From Thermoplasmata archaeon (GTDB lineage Archaea > Thermoplasmatota > Thermoplasmata > Lutacidiplasmatales > UBA184), in NCBI GenBank assembly GCA_036404475.1, contig DASWZL010000019.1, positions 7,181 to 71,180 of the forward strand: a stretch of 64,000 nucleotides of DNA, read 5' to 3'. The notes below the pieces were generated by a model. The model was not told where the DNA came from and ran no database searches. It was given only the letters and a program-made list of their open reading frames with translations. Each line of letters opens with the position of its first letter. Position 1 is the first letter of the stretch. Made by a program: the position numbers and the translations under genes. Positions 19,037-27,687 of this stretch are shown here, piece by piece.

Positions 19037-19261
19037 ATGGCGATCGAGGATGAGGTTTCTCCCAACGCGGTGAAGGTGTACAAGGCGATGAAGGAGCTCG
19101 CGATGCTCTCCGAAGAGAAGATGGGGACCGCGGAGCGGGTCACGCAGGTCGCGCGGCTACCGAAGACGATGGTGATGAACGCCCTTCAGGAACTCCAGAC
19201 CAAGGGCTTTGCCCGACGCAAGGTCCGTGAGAAGGCCGCGGGATACTACCTGCTGAAGTAA
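19037..19261 (+). CDS. Small winged-helix DNA-binding protein (74 aa)
   Basis: The pattern ...ERVTQVARLPKTMVMNALQELQTKGFARRK...GYYLLK looks like an HTH followed by a wing. Confidence 0.5.
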   Translation: MAIEDEVSPNAVKVYKAMKELAMLSEEKMGTAERVTQVARLPKTMVMNALQELQTKGFARRKVREKAAGYYLLK

Positions 19262-19265
19262 GGGG

Positions 19266-20222
19266 CTACGGCGGCTCGCGCGCGACACCCGCGCGGCCCC
19301 AGACCTTCTCCACGAGGCGGCTCGTGGAACGCAACGTGACCTCGGTCACGGTGCTCACGCGGGCGACCTGAGCGCGGGAGCGGTGCTCCCCGCTCTGCTC
19401 CGCCGCGAGGTAGATCAGCGCCGCCACGAGGCCGTGCGGGCTGAGCCCCGAAAGCTCGGGGTCCTCCCGCGCCTGGTCGAGCATCGCTTCGACCGTCGAG
19501 CGAACTCGGGGCGAGAGCGCGAGCTCCTCGGCGTACCGCGTGAGGAACGCCTTGGTCCCGACCCCCGGTATCGGGAGCCCCGAACCTCGCTGGACAACCT
19601 TGAAGGTCCGCCCGACGTCCGAGCGCCGGGCCCCGACGGCCTGCGCGACCTCGCCCAACGTCCGGGGGATGGAGAAGCGCCGGCAGGCGGCGTACAGGCA
19701 GGCCCCGACGCTGGCCGGCAGGCTACGGCCCCGGAAGAGGCCCCGCACCTTCGCCTCCCCATAGACGTGCTCGGCCTCGGCCAAGACCACCGCGGGCAGT
19801 CCCATCGATTCCCCGGCGGTCTGGATCTCGCCCCGGGCGGCGGTTCGGTCGAGAGGGCCGTCGACGGCCCGCGACGTCTGCCGTTGCATCACCCGCTTGA
19901 GGTGCTGGAATTCGTAGCGCCGGTGCCAGCCGAGTCGCTTCCCCTGCCCATCGCGGGCGAGCGACAGCGTGGAACCGAGGGCGCGTTTCGTGGCTCCGGG
20001 GCGGACGAACGGGCCGATCCCCCGGCCGCTCCCCTCCGAGCCCGACGCCTCCGCGAGGGCCGGCGCCGTCGCGACGATTGGGGTGCCGTCGAAGACGAGG
20101 CCGCACTCGGCGCAGTGGGTCTCGGCCAGCACCGTGTCCACGATGCGGTGAGTGCTACCGCACATCGGGCACACGGGCGGCACCTCCGTCCAGGAGGACA
20201 TCCCTTCCCCGGCCTCGGTCAC
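19266..20222 (-). CDS. tfb: Transcription initiation factor IIB (TFB)
   Basis: The N-terminal Zn ribbon is CPMCGS...CAECG, followed by two cyclin-fold repeats. A TATATA element lies about 30 nt upstream on the same strand. Confidence 0.9.
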   Translation of the reverse strand: MTEAGEGMSSWTEVPPVCPMCGSTHRIVDTVLAETHCAECGLVFDGTPIVATAPALAEASGSEGSGRGIGPFVRPGATKRALGSTLSLARDGQGKRLGWHRRYEFQHLKRVMQRQTSRAVDGPLDRTAARGEIQTAGESMGLPAVVLAEAEHVYGEAKVRGLFRGRSLPASVGACLYAACRRFSIPRTLGEVAQAVGARRSDVGRTFKVVQRGSGLPIPGVGTKAFLTRYAEELALSPRVRSTVEAMLDQAREDPELSGLSPHGLVAALIYLAAEQSGEHRSRAQVARVSTVTEVTLRSTSRLVEKVWGRAGVAREPP

Positions 20223-20325
20223 GGCATCTTCCGAAGGGGTTGTGAGTATATACGCCTCTCACCGAGCCGGACGGTAGGCTGCTAGGTCCCGCAAGGATAT
20301 TGGGAGGCCTCCCCTCCCGCCTCTC

Positions 20326-20946
20326 GTGCGCACCGGGCTGGTCGTACTTGGCATTGTGATCGCCGTGCTCGGGGCGGGGTTGATCCTCACCCTGTTCTTC
20401 CTCTCGGGGGGTCCGGTGAACAGCAGCCAGATCAGTCTCGAGGACCCCGGTCTCGCCGCCCATTCGAACCAATCGTGGGTCGTGTCCGGACCGACCCCCG
20501 GCTCGGGCTCGGTCACGCTCTCTTGGACGACGAGCGCGGCGGCCAACGTCTCCCTGTGGCCCGTGACGACCTGTCTCGGTCCGTTCGGGCCTTGCCAGAC
20601 GGGTCCGGCCGCGCTCAGCTGGTCGCTGGCGACTACCGGCAAGGGAACCGTTTCCCCCTCCAACGCCTCCGCCTACATTCTCCTGGTCACGAACCCCGGG
20701 AACAGCCCGCTGAGGTTCTCCGGGGCCGTTTCGGTGAGCTACGGTCCGGGGACGCCCCTCACCGCGTGGAGCTGGGGCGTGATCGCCATCGGAGGGATCA
20801 CGCTCCTCGCGATCGGGGGGATCGCCCTCTTCCTGGGCCTCTTCCTGCCCGGCGGGGTCTACCAGGACCCGGACGGCGAGGTCGTGGCCGTGCGCCACCC
20901 GAGCCTTCCTCCGGAAGATCCCGAACCCGACGAACGGGTTCCGTGA
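20326..20946 (+). CDS. Membrane-anchored extracellular protein, unknown function
   Basis: An N-terminal TM (LVVLGIVIAVLGAGLILTLFF) is followed by a Ser/Thr/Pro-rich ectodomain with NxS/T sites, then a second TM and an acidic tail. Confidence 0.5.
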   Translation: MRTGLVVLGIVIAVLGAGLILTLFFLSGGPVNSSQISLEDPGLAAHSNQSWVVSGPTPGSGSVTLSWTTSAAANVSLWPVTTCLGPFGPCQTGPAALSWSLATTGKGTVSPSNASAYILLVTNPGNSPLRFSGAVSVSYGPGTPLTAWSWGVIAIGGITLLAIGGIALFLGLFLPGGVYQDPDGEVVAVRHPSLPPEDPEPDERVP

Positions 20947-20968
20947 GGGTCTACGGACGGTAGGACGA

Positions 20969-22732
20969 CTATTGGCCCCAGAAGGGATGGGTGGCCCGAT
21001 GGAGGCGGACCACCTCGTCCAAGATCCCCTGTTCGGACGGGGACAGCGGTTGGCCCCGGAGCGCTCGCGCCGCGCTCTCCGAGAGGGCCACCATGAGGAC
21101 GTCCCCTTCCTTCAGGTTCCGGCCCATGACCGCGCCGTCGATCGACGCGGCGAGCTCCGCGTTCTCCTCGGCCTCGGTCACGGACTCCCCCTCCTTCTGG
21201 AGCGACTTCAGCACTCCGACCTCCGTCCCGTCCGGGTGCATCAGGCGTACGCCGGGCCGCAGGGTTCCGCCACGGACCCTGATGCCGACGATCGCCGGTT
21301 TCGAGGCGCGGAAGACGAATCCGGGGAGGACCTCGAGCTTGGCCGGATGAACGTGCTCGAGCCGGCGCTGGACCTCCAGCTCCCGCTTCCGTTCGGTCCT
21401 CCAGGCGTCGTACTCCTCGATGAGCCGGTACATCACATCGGCGCGGAAGACCCGGACCGCGGCGGCCTCGCCTTCGGGAACTGCGTCGGGAAGGATCGGG
21501 ACCGCGAACGCGAGCACGGCCCGATGCGTCGGGTCCTTCACGATCGCCATCCGCATGACGGTCGGTCGGCCCACGGGCCCGACCCCGGCCTCGTGAACGG
21601 GGATGCCCCGCTCTCGGCATTCGAACGCCAGCGCCTCGAGCCCCCCGAGCGTGTCCGCGTAAATCGCGACCCCAGTTAGGGCGACGTCCGCGACCGGTTG
21701 GCTCTCCCGCGCGAGCTCTTCCCGGACGCGGGCTTTCTCCTCCTCGCTCCGTACTACCTTGAGGAGACCGCCCGGCATCGCATCCTCAATCCCCGTCGCG
21801 GCCAGGTAGACCCCCGCCGCGGCCTGCACGTCCGTGAGGGAGGCCAGGCGAACCTGCTTCGACGCGCGCCCCTCCTTAAGCGGAACCGGTCGGTAGATCC
21901 CCCGGATTCGGGTCGCGAACGGCTCCTCGCGTCCGGTCACGACGATCTCGTCGCCGACCTTGAGCCGCCCGCGGTAGATGATGACGTTACCGACCGGACC
22001 GACCCCCTTCTGGTCGCTCCGCTCGAGGATTGTGGCCTCCCCGCCCTCCGTGATGAGCTCGAGCTCCCCCTCGAGGAAGCGCTGGGAAAGACCTACTAGG
22101 AGCGCGATCAGCTCGGGGACGCCGACGCCGGTCTTCGCCGACACCGGCATGATCCCCACGTTCCGGGTGAAATCACTCACGCGGTCGAAACGCTCGGCGC
22201 TGAAGCCAAGGTGGTCGAGCTCCTCGGAGACGGAGTAGACGCGCTGGTCGAGGAGCTTCTGGAAATCCGCTCCCGAACGGCGGATCGCTTCGAGGAGCGG
22301 CACCGGCCCCGTGGGCTTCCGCCAGCCCCCGAGGAGGTCGATCTTCGTGAGCGCCACCGCGAACGGGGTCTTCTCCCGTCGAAGGATCTGGACCGACTCG
22401 CGGGTCTGGGGCATGACCCCCTCACGGACGTCGATCACCAGGATCGCGAGGTCCGCGAGCGCCCCTCCGCGCCGCCGGAGGGTCTCGAAAGAGCGGTGGC
22501 CCGGGGTGTCCACGAACAGAAGGCCGGGGAGCCGCAGCTGCTCGTTCCGGAGGACCCCCTCGCAAAGCCGCCGGACAGTCGACCCCGGAACCTCGATAGC
22601 GCCGATGTGTTGGGTGATCCCGCCGGGCTCCTTGGCGGCCCGCACGCTTCCCGCGATCCGGTCGAGCAGCGTCGTCTTTCCGTGGTCGACGTGCCCGAGC
22701 AGCGAGACGATCGGCTCCCTCAGCTCGCCCAC
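20969..22732 (-). CDS. infB: Translation initiation factor aIF5B (IF-2)
   Basis: GTPase motifs GHVDHGKTTLLD, DTPGH and TKID are present, with a domain layout typical of the ~590-aa aIF5B. Confidence 0.95.
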   Translation of the reverse strand: MGELREPIVSLLGHVDHGKTTLLDRIAGSVRAAKEPGGITQHIGAIEVPGSTVRRLCEGVLRNEQLRLPGLLFVDTPGHRSFETLRRRGGALADLAILVIDVREGVMPQTRESVQILRREKTPFAVALTKIDLLGGWRKPTGPVPLLEAIRRSGADFQKLLDQRVYSVSEELDHLGFSAERFDRVSDFTRNVGIMPVSAKTGVGVPELIALLVGLSQRFLEGELELITEGGEATILERSDQKGVGPVGNVIIYRGRLKVGDEIVVTGREEPFATRIRGIYRPVPLKEGRASKQVRLASLTDVQAAAGVYLAATGIEDAMPGGLLKVVRSEEEKARVREELARESQPVADVALTGVAIYADTLGGLEALAFECRERGIPVHEAGVGPVGRPTVMRMAIVKDPTHRAVLAFAVPILPDAVPEGEAAAVRVFRADVMYRLIEEYDAWRTERKRELEVQRRLEHVHPAKLEVLPGFVFRASKPAIVGIRVRGGTLRPGVRLMHPDGTEVGVLKSLQKEGESVTEAEENAELAASIDGAVMGRNLKEGDVLMVALSESAARALRGQPLSPSEQGILDEVVRLHRATHPFWGQ

Positions 22733-22757
22733 GACCGCTCGGACCGGTCGTCGGCCA

Positions 22758-23777
22758 TTAGCGTTTTGCGCCCAGCTCGGTCCGCAGGGCCTCGGCCGCG
22801 TCCTCGGGGGTCACCGTGTTCACGGGGAACCCAGAGCCGATGTCGAACCCGTCCGGGCGCACGAGGCGGGGGTAGAGGTCGAGATGCCAGTGGTATCGGT
22901 CGTACGCGGGAGAGGGACCGACCGGGGACCGTACGACGAAGTTGTACGAGGCGCCGGGAACCAACGCCAGGAGGGCCCGCAGCAGCGCGGGGAGCCGTTC
23001 GGCCAGCGCGTCGACCTCGTCGTCGGTCGCCTCCCCGAACGAGGGTGCATGACGGGACGGGAGGAGCCGGACCTCGAAGGGATAGCCAGAGGCGAACGGA
23101 GCGAACGCGACGAATCCGCCCAGGTCGAACAGCACGCGAGTCCCGTCGCGCACCTCCGCCTGGAGGACCTCGTCGAACGCGCATTCGCCGCCCACCCGCT
23201 GACGGAATCGTTCCGCTCCCTCCATCTCTTCCTCGAGAGACGGAGAGAGTCCGGGGACCGTCACCAGCTGAGCATGGGGATGCCAGAGCGACCCTCCGGA
23301 CTCCGGCCCGGCGTTCTCGAAGAGAGTGACGGAGCCCACGTGCGCGCGTTCGGAGAGGGCTCGAACGCGGTCGCGGCACATCCGGATCGCCCGGAGGACC
23401 TGCTCGCGGGGAAGGAACGCCAGAAGCGGGGCGTGGGCCGGGCTCTCGATGACGACCTCATGGTAACCGAACGCGGGACGGCTCTCGAATCCCGGTACCC
23501 CCCCGGGCGGGCCGGGCCCTGGAGGCTCAGAGGCGACCGTAGGGAATCGGTTCGGAATCGTACGGACGTACCATCCGCGCTCGTTCGGTCGGCGACCCGG
23601 CGGCGCGAGCACGGCCACCTCGGGAGGGGTCCGCGACTCGTTGCCCTCACAGAACGGGCAATCCGGCTCGGTCGGGGCCGAGGGCGCGACGGCCGCATGC
23701 TCGTTCGGCCGGTCGCTCCGGCCGGGGACGACAATCACGCACCGACCGGTGATCGGGTCTCGCCGAAACTCGGTCAT
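22758..23777 (-). CDS. galT: Galactose-1-phosphate uridylyltransferase-family (HIT superfamily) nucleotidyltransferase
   Basis: CPFCEGNE zinc site and HPHAQL active-site motif are present. Its ATG overlaps the upstream stop (ATGA). Confidence 0.85.
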   Translation of the reverse strand: MTEFRRDPITGRCVIVVPGRSDRPNEHAAVAPSAPTEPDCPFCEGNESRTPPEVAVLAPPGRRPNERGWYVRTIPNRFPTVASEPPGPGPPGGVPGFESRPAFGYHEVVIESPAHAPLLAFLPREQVLRAIRMCRDRVRALSERAHVGSVTLFENAGPESGGSLWHPHAQLVTVPGLSPSLEEEMEGAERFRQRVGGECAFDEVLQAEVRDGTRVLFDLGGFVAFAPFASGYPFEVRLLPSRHAPSFGEATDDEVDALAERLPALLRALLALVPGASYNFVVRSPVGPSPAYDRYHWHLDLYPRLVRPDGFDIGSGFPVNTVTPEDAAEALRTELGAKR

Positions 23778-25135
23778 GTCCCCTCCCTACGGCGAGTCCC
23801 TGACGGTAGATGAGCGGTCCCGGAGGACCCGGCGGCGAGCTCAGAGAGCGTCCCGTGGACCATCGGCACGAGAAGCTCGGCGGGCTCGAGACCCCCGTGG
23901 GCCCCCCGCATCGGGTGCCGGCGAGGGCGCGCGCCGGGGACCGAGTAGCTCATCCCCGCGGGGCTGGGCAACAGGAGGAGGAGATCCCCGAGCCGTTCGG
24001 AGAGTTCGGGGTGGAACGGAGGAGGACCGTAGAGCCCGGCGTCGACCGCCGCGGGCTGGTCGATGAGACGACCTCCGCGGGGAAGGCGCGCTTCGAGGGC
24101 TTCGCGGAGGGCGGAAAGATGGTCCGGTCGGGCCGCGAAGTAAGCCGCACGACGGTCGCCTGACGGCGGCCGCGCCAGATGGGCGAGGAGGGCCGGTTCC
24201 CGGTCCACGACGAGCTGTCGGTCCGCGTCCATGGGGACCTGGCCGTGATCTCCCGTCACCACCAGCGTCGTCCGACGGGCGAGGTCCCCCTCGAGATTCC
24301 GAGCGACGAACGAGAGGAGGGCTTCGACCTGTTCGAGCTCGACGTCGACGAGCTCAGGTCGGGGCCCCCGCAGGTGCTCGGCGAGGTCGAGGTCGTCCCA
24401 GTAGACAAAGACGAGCGGAGGGGGTTCGGGGCGAGAGAGGACCTCCCGGAGCGAGAGGGCGAGGTCGCTCGCCGTGAAGTAGCCGACAAACGTCGCACCG
24501 TCGTAGATGAGGCGCGTGAAGCCGGTCCCTTCGAACCGGTCCCTCGAGAGCGCGACGCCCCGGATCCCGCGACGGAACACGCTGGGAACCGTGCAGAGGG
24601 CGGAGGGGGACCACTCGGGACCCACCAACGTTTCCGCGGCGTCCACCCCGAGCGGGGACATCCGGAGGACCTCGACCACCGTGCCCAGCCGCGGCAAGTA
24701 GAGGCGGTGACCCACGACCCCGTGCTGGCCCGGGGCCGCCCCGGTCGAGAGGCTGGTAAACGCGATCGTGGTGGTGGTCGGGAATACCGAGGTGAGCGGC
24801 CGAGCCCGGTGCATCCACCTCGAGGCGGTGCCCTCCGCGACCCGGTCGGCGGAACCCCGGAGCGCCGACCAGCCGAGCCCATCGACCAGGAGGAGCACGA
24901 CCGGTCCCTCCGGCCGTCGACCCTGGAACGGGTCGAGGTCGGGGTCGAGGGGAGGCAGCGGGGCCGGGTCGGACCCTTCGCGCCCGAGCGCGGCCCCGAG
25001 CGAGGACGCTAGGTTCGCGAGCGACCGCCCTCGGTAGGCGGGGATCGGAACGCCGAGACGGGGGTCCGCGACCATCAGCTCCGCGCCCTCGCCGAGCGGG
25101 TCTCGGTCCGGGACGGTTCCGGCGGGTTCGGTCAC
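23774..25135 (-). CDS. Alkaline-phosphatase superfamily protein (type I phosphodiesterase/nucleotide pyrophosphatase-like)
   Basis: Family motifs: LLLVDGLGWSAL, SVFPTTTTIAFTSLSTGAAPGQHGVVGH, VTGDHG. Confidence 0.75.
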   Translation of the reverse strand: MTEPAGTVPDRDPLGEGAELMVADPRLGVPIPAYRGRSLANLASSLGAALGREGSDPAPLPPLDPDLDPFQGRRPEGPVVLLLVDGLGWSALRGSADRVAEGTASRWMHRARPLTSVFPTTTTIAFTSLSTGAAPGQHGVVGHRLYLPRLGTVVEVLRMSPLGVDAAETLVGPEWSPSALCTVPSVFRRGIRGVALSRDRFEGTGFTRLIYDGATFVGYFTASDLALSLREVLSRPEPPPLVFVYWDDLDLAEHLRGPRPELVDVELEQVEALLSFVARNLEGDLARRTTLVVTGDHGQVPMDADRQLVVDREPALLAHLARPPSGDRRAAYFAARPDHLSALREALEARLPRGGRLIDQPAAVDAGLYGPPPFHPELSERLGDLLLLLPSPAGMSYSVPGARPRRHPMRGAHGGLEPAELLVPMVHGTLSELAAGSSGTAHLPSGTRRREGT

Positions 25136-25197
25136 GAGGGCTCACGCGCCGGCGGGTCGAAGTCGGTCGAACGTACTTAACTCCCTCCGGGTGCGGC

Positions 25198-26331
25198 TCA
25201 CCGGAACTCGTCGAGGAAGACCTGCCGCTGGGTTCGCGCCGCGAACCGCTCCGTTCGCACGGACACCGTACGGACCGGTCGGTGCCGGGACGATCGCTCG
25301 GAGTCCCAGAGCTCGCGCGCGAGGCGGACCGCGGCCTCGGCGAGCGGGAGGGCTCCTTCGCGCGCCGCCCCGAGGGAACGGCTCCGTTGGGAGCGCGAGA
25401 AGTCGGCCCAGCGGTAGGCGACCCCGACGGTCCCGTATCGGAGGTTCTCGCGGTCGAGGGCCGCGGCGAGCTCGCCGGCGAGCGTCCGGACGGTCTCCTC
25501 GATCTCCTCCCATCGGTCCACGTCGCGGGCGAACGTGTGGTCGGTCGACCGGGAGCGGGGCTCCTCGGACACCTCGGGCTCTTCTCGGGGCTCGCCGCGA
25601 GCGAGGGCGACCAGCTCCGCCGCGAACGAGCCGAGGGCACGCACGAGCTCGGAGGGCTTTCGCCCCGCCAGGTCGCCGACCGTGAAGATCCCGAGGCCGT
25701 GGAGGACCTCCTCGGTCTTCGGACCTACTCCGGGGATGGCCCGGACCGGGAGCGGGGCCAGGAAGTCGGCCGCCTCCTCGGGGAGGACCACGCGAATGCC
25801 CGCGGGCTTCGCCCGGTCCGTCGCGATCTTCGCGATCGCTCGGGAACGCGCGACGCCGACCGAGGCGGGGAGCGCCAGCTCCTCAAGGAGCTCCTGCTGG
25901 ATCGTCTGCGCGACCCGCCGGGCCTCCTCCGCATCGACCCCCCGCACGATGACCGCGGCCTCGTCGATGCTGAAGGGGATCACCGTCGAGGAATGTCGTC
26001 GTAGGACTACCCGAACGTCCCGGGAGATCCGCTCGTACTTCGCGAAATCCGGAGGGATCCAGACCGCCTCGGGGCACAACCGCGCGGCCACCGCCACCGG
26101 CATGGCGCTCCGCACTCCGGACGGTCTCGCCTCGTAGCTCGCCGAGAGCACTACCCCGCGGGTCGGTCCCTCGGCCGGAGGGGGTCCGACGAGGACCGGC
26201 CGGCCCCGGAGCTCGGGACGGTCGCGGAGCTCGCACGACACGTAGAAGGCATCGAGGTCGACGTACAGCGTCCACGACGGGGAATCCCGTGTTCTATCCG
26301 GGATCTTCCCGAGGTCGCCCAGATCGATCAT
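25198..26331 (-). CDS. dinB: Y-family DNA polymerase IV (Dbh/Dpo4-like)
   Basis: Family motifs: LYVDLDAFYVSCE, SIDEA, IPGVGPKT. Confidence 0.9.
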   Translation of the reverse strand: MIDLGDLGKIPDRTRDSPSWTLYVDLDAFYVSCELRDRPELRGRPVLVGPPPAEGPTRGVVLSASYEARPSGVRSAMPVAVAARLCPEAVWIPPDFAKYERISRDVRVVLRRHSSTVIPFSIDEAAVIVRGVDAEEARRVAQTIQQELLEELALPASVGVARSRAIAKIATDRAKPAGIRVVLPEEAADFLAPLPVRAIPGVGPKTEEVLHGLGIFTVGDLAGRKPSELVRALGSFAAELVALARGEPREEPEVSEEPRSRSTDHTFARDVDRWEEIEETVRTLAGELAAALDRENLRYGTVGVAYRWADFSRSQRSRSLGAAREGALPLAEAAVRLARELWDSERSSRHRPVRTVSVRTERFAARTQRQVFLDEFR

Positions 26332-26465
26332 TTTGGGACTTCGCTCGTCCGGCGTTGGAAGGCGCGGTATCCCCCTTACCGCCTTTCATGCCGACCCTTG
26401 AGAAAAGGCCGTCGTAACGATTGCGTTTCATCCATACTCGAGGGGCTGGGGAGATCCCGAGCGAA

Positions 26466-26499
26466 GCGAGAGAACGCTCTCGCGCCGCACGAGCGCGAG
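26466..26499. other. Two mutually exclusive perfect 7-bp hairpins (GCGAGAG-AACG-CTCTCGC and CTCGCGC-CGCACGA-GCGCGAG) inside a 365-bp gene-free spacer
   Basis: Read directly. The two stems share 5 nt (26479-26483). Further GC hairpins lie at about 26538-26579 and 26580-26593 (GAAA tetraloop). Confidence 0.3.
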
Positions 26500-26695
26500 A
26501 TTAATGTGGGACGCGCACGGTCGACGACCCACCCTGAGGAGCGGGAGGGCCGGTTGAGTTCGGTACCGGGCCCCGCTCCGCGGGGAAACCCGTGCCTCGC
26601 CTAGACCGGGGGCTCTCGCACTCCCTCGCCGTTTCGGGGCTTCCCCCTGCGACGGCCGAGCGACGGGGGTGCGTGACAGTCACCTGGTGGTGCGG

Positions 26696-27409
26696 CTACA
26701 CGAACACGAGTTCGAAGGCTTCCTGACCCTTGGGATACTCTTTGGTCCGGACCACCTTCCGGTTGAGTCGGATCCCCGCGGACTCGAGCGTCACCGTATC
26801 ACGTTCGAGAGCGCTTCCGAGGTAGACATTGAGGATCGTCTGGTGGGCTGACGCGCCTGCGACCATCCGAGTCGCCCCCACGATCGGGCTTCCGACGATG
26901 GTCACGAGCTCGCCGACCCGTACGAGCTCACACGGACCGGCATCGATCCCGATTGATAGCCCAGTACCTGCAGGGAAGTTCCGGGAATTTTGGCGCAGAC
27001 TTGTAAGAAGCGCGTCGGCTGCCGAGAATACTGTACGGCAGAAGTCCGGGATCGTGCCGATGTCGGTGGGACGATTTCTTGGGGGGATCCAGAAGGCGAC
27101 GAAACCGTCTCCGGTGAACTTGTCAAACCAGCCCCCGGACGCGTTTGCCAGTGCCCGGACTGCCTCGGTAAACCCCACGATGAACCGCGCGAAGATGGAC
27201 GGCTGCACTGCCTCCTTCAAGACGAGAGTGGACATCCGAAGGTCGCCGACTACGACGATCGCTTCCACGGCGGTGGATCCCATAGAGAGGAGCTCCTGAA
27301 TCGCCCTGGCCGAGAGCTGCTCGCGGGCGCTCGCCGGCCCTTGACGGAGGACGATCGAGTCGAAGTCAGGGGTTCTACTATCGTCGGGATTCGAAGGGAG
27401 CTCGACCAT
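26696..27409 (-). CDS. Minimal single-domain class III nucleotidyl cyclase homologue (237 aa)
   Basis: VVVGDLRMST matches FxDIxGFT (metal Asp 1). DKFTGDGFVAFW matches KxxGD (specificity Lys + metal Asp 2). IGIDAGPCELV and GSPIVGATRM (Arg kept, Asn position is Val) also fit. Confidence 0.7.
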   Translation of the reverse strand: MVELPSNPDDSRTPDFDSIVLRQGPASAREQLSARAIQELLSMGSTAVEAIVVVGDLRMSTLVLKEAVQPSIFARFIVGFTEAVRALANASGGWFDKFTGDGFVAFWIPPRNRPTDIGTIPDFCRTVFSAADALLTSLRQNSRNFPAGTGLSIGIDAGPCELVRVGELVTIVGSPIVGATRMVAGASAHQTILNVYLGSALERDTVTLESAGIRLNRKVVRTKEYPKGQEAFELVFV

Positions 27410-27687
27410 GAAGAGTTCGCCCGGGCAGGGACCGTCGTGGGAACAATGTCCGGAACTTCAGCTTGACCCGTGCTTCGGTCGTAACGTTGCCCTCATGGGC
27501 CCCGCGACCTCAGTGGTCTTAGTCCGAAACGGATGGGATTCCGGACGGAATTCGGCGAACCATCGATTTGCGGGGCTCGCCCGCTCCTCGCGGTCGGTCA
27601 TCAGACGCGCGTGTCTACGGCCCTACGGAGCGGTGGGCAGAGAACACCGAGGGAATGGCGTTCTTAGCGTCACAGGCGGGAACGTAC

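Noticed and set aside
23774-25135. PglZ/BREX-like alkaline phosphatase
   Set aside because: At 453 aa it has the size and motifs of an ordinary nucleotide pyrophosphatase/phosphodiesterase-family enzyme. It is translationally coupled to a GalT-family gene, and no other BREX components are nearby.
26332-26695. SRP RNA or RNase P RNA in the structured spacer
   Set aside because: I looked on both strands for the conserved SRP helix-8 motif (..GGAAG..AGCAG..) and the RNase P CR-I/CR-IV/CR-V blocks (GAGGAAAGUCC and others) and found none. No box C/D (UGAUGA/CUGA) pair is present either.
26696-27409. Calling the cyclase a Pycsar or CBASS-type defence cyclase
   Set aside because: No adjacent effector is present (no CNB-TIR, CNB-TM, patatin, endonuclease or similar). 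The nearest CNB protein lacks any effector domain and lies 4.5 kb away on the other strand. The defence role stays speculative.
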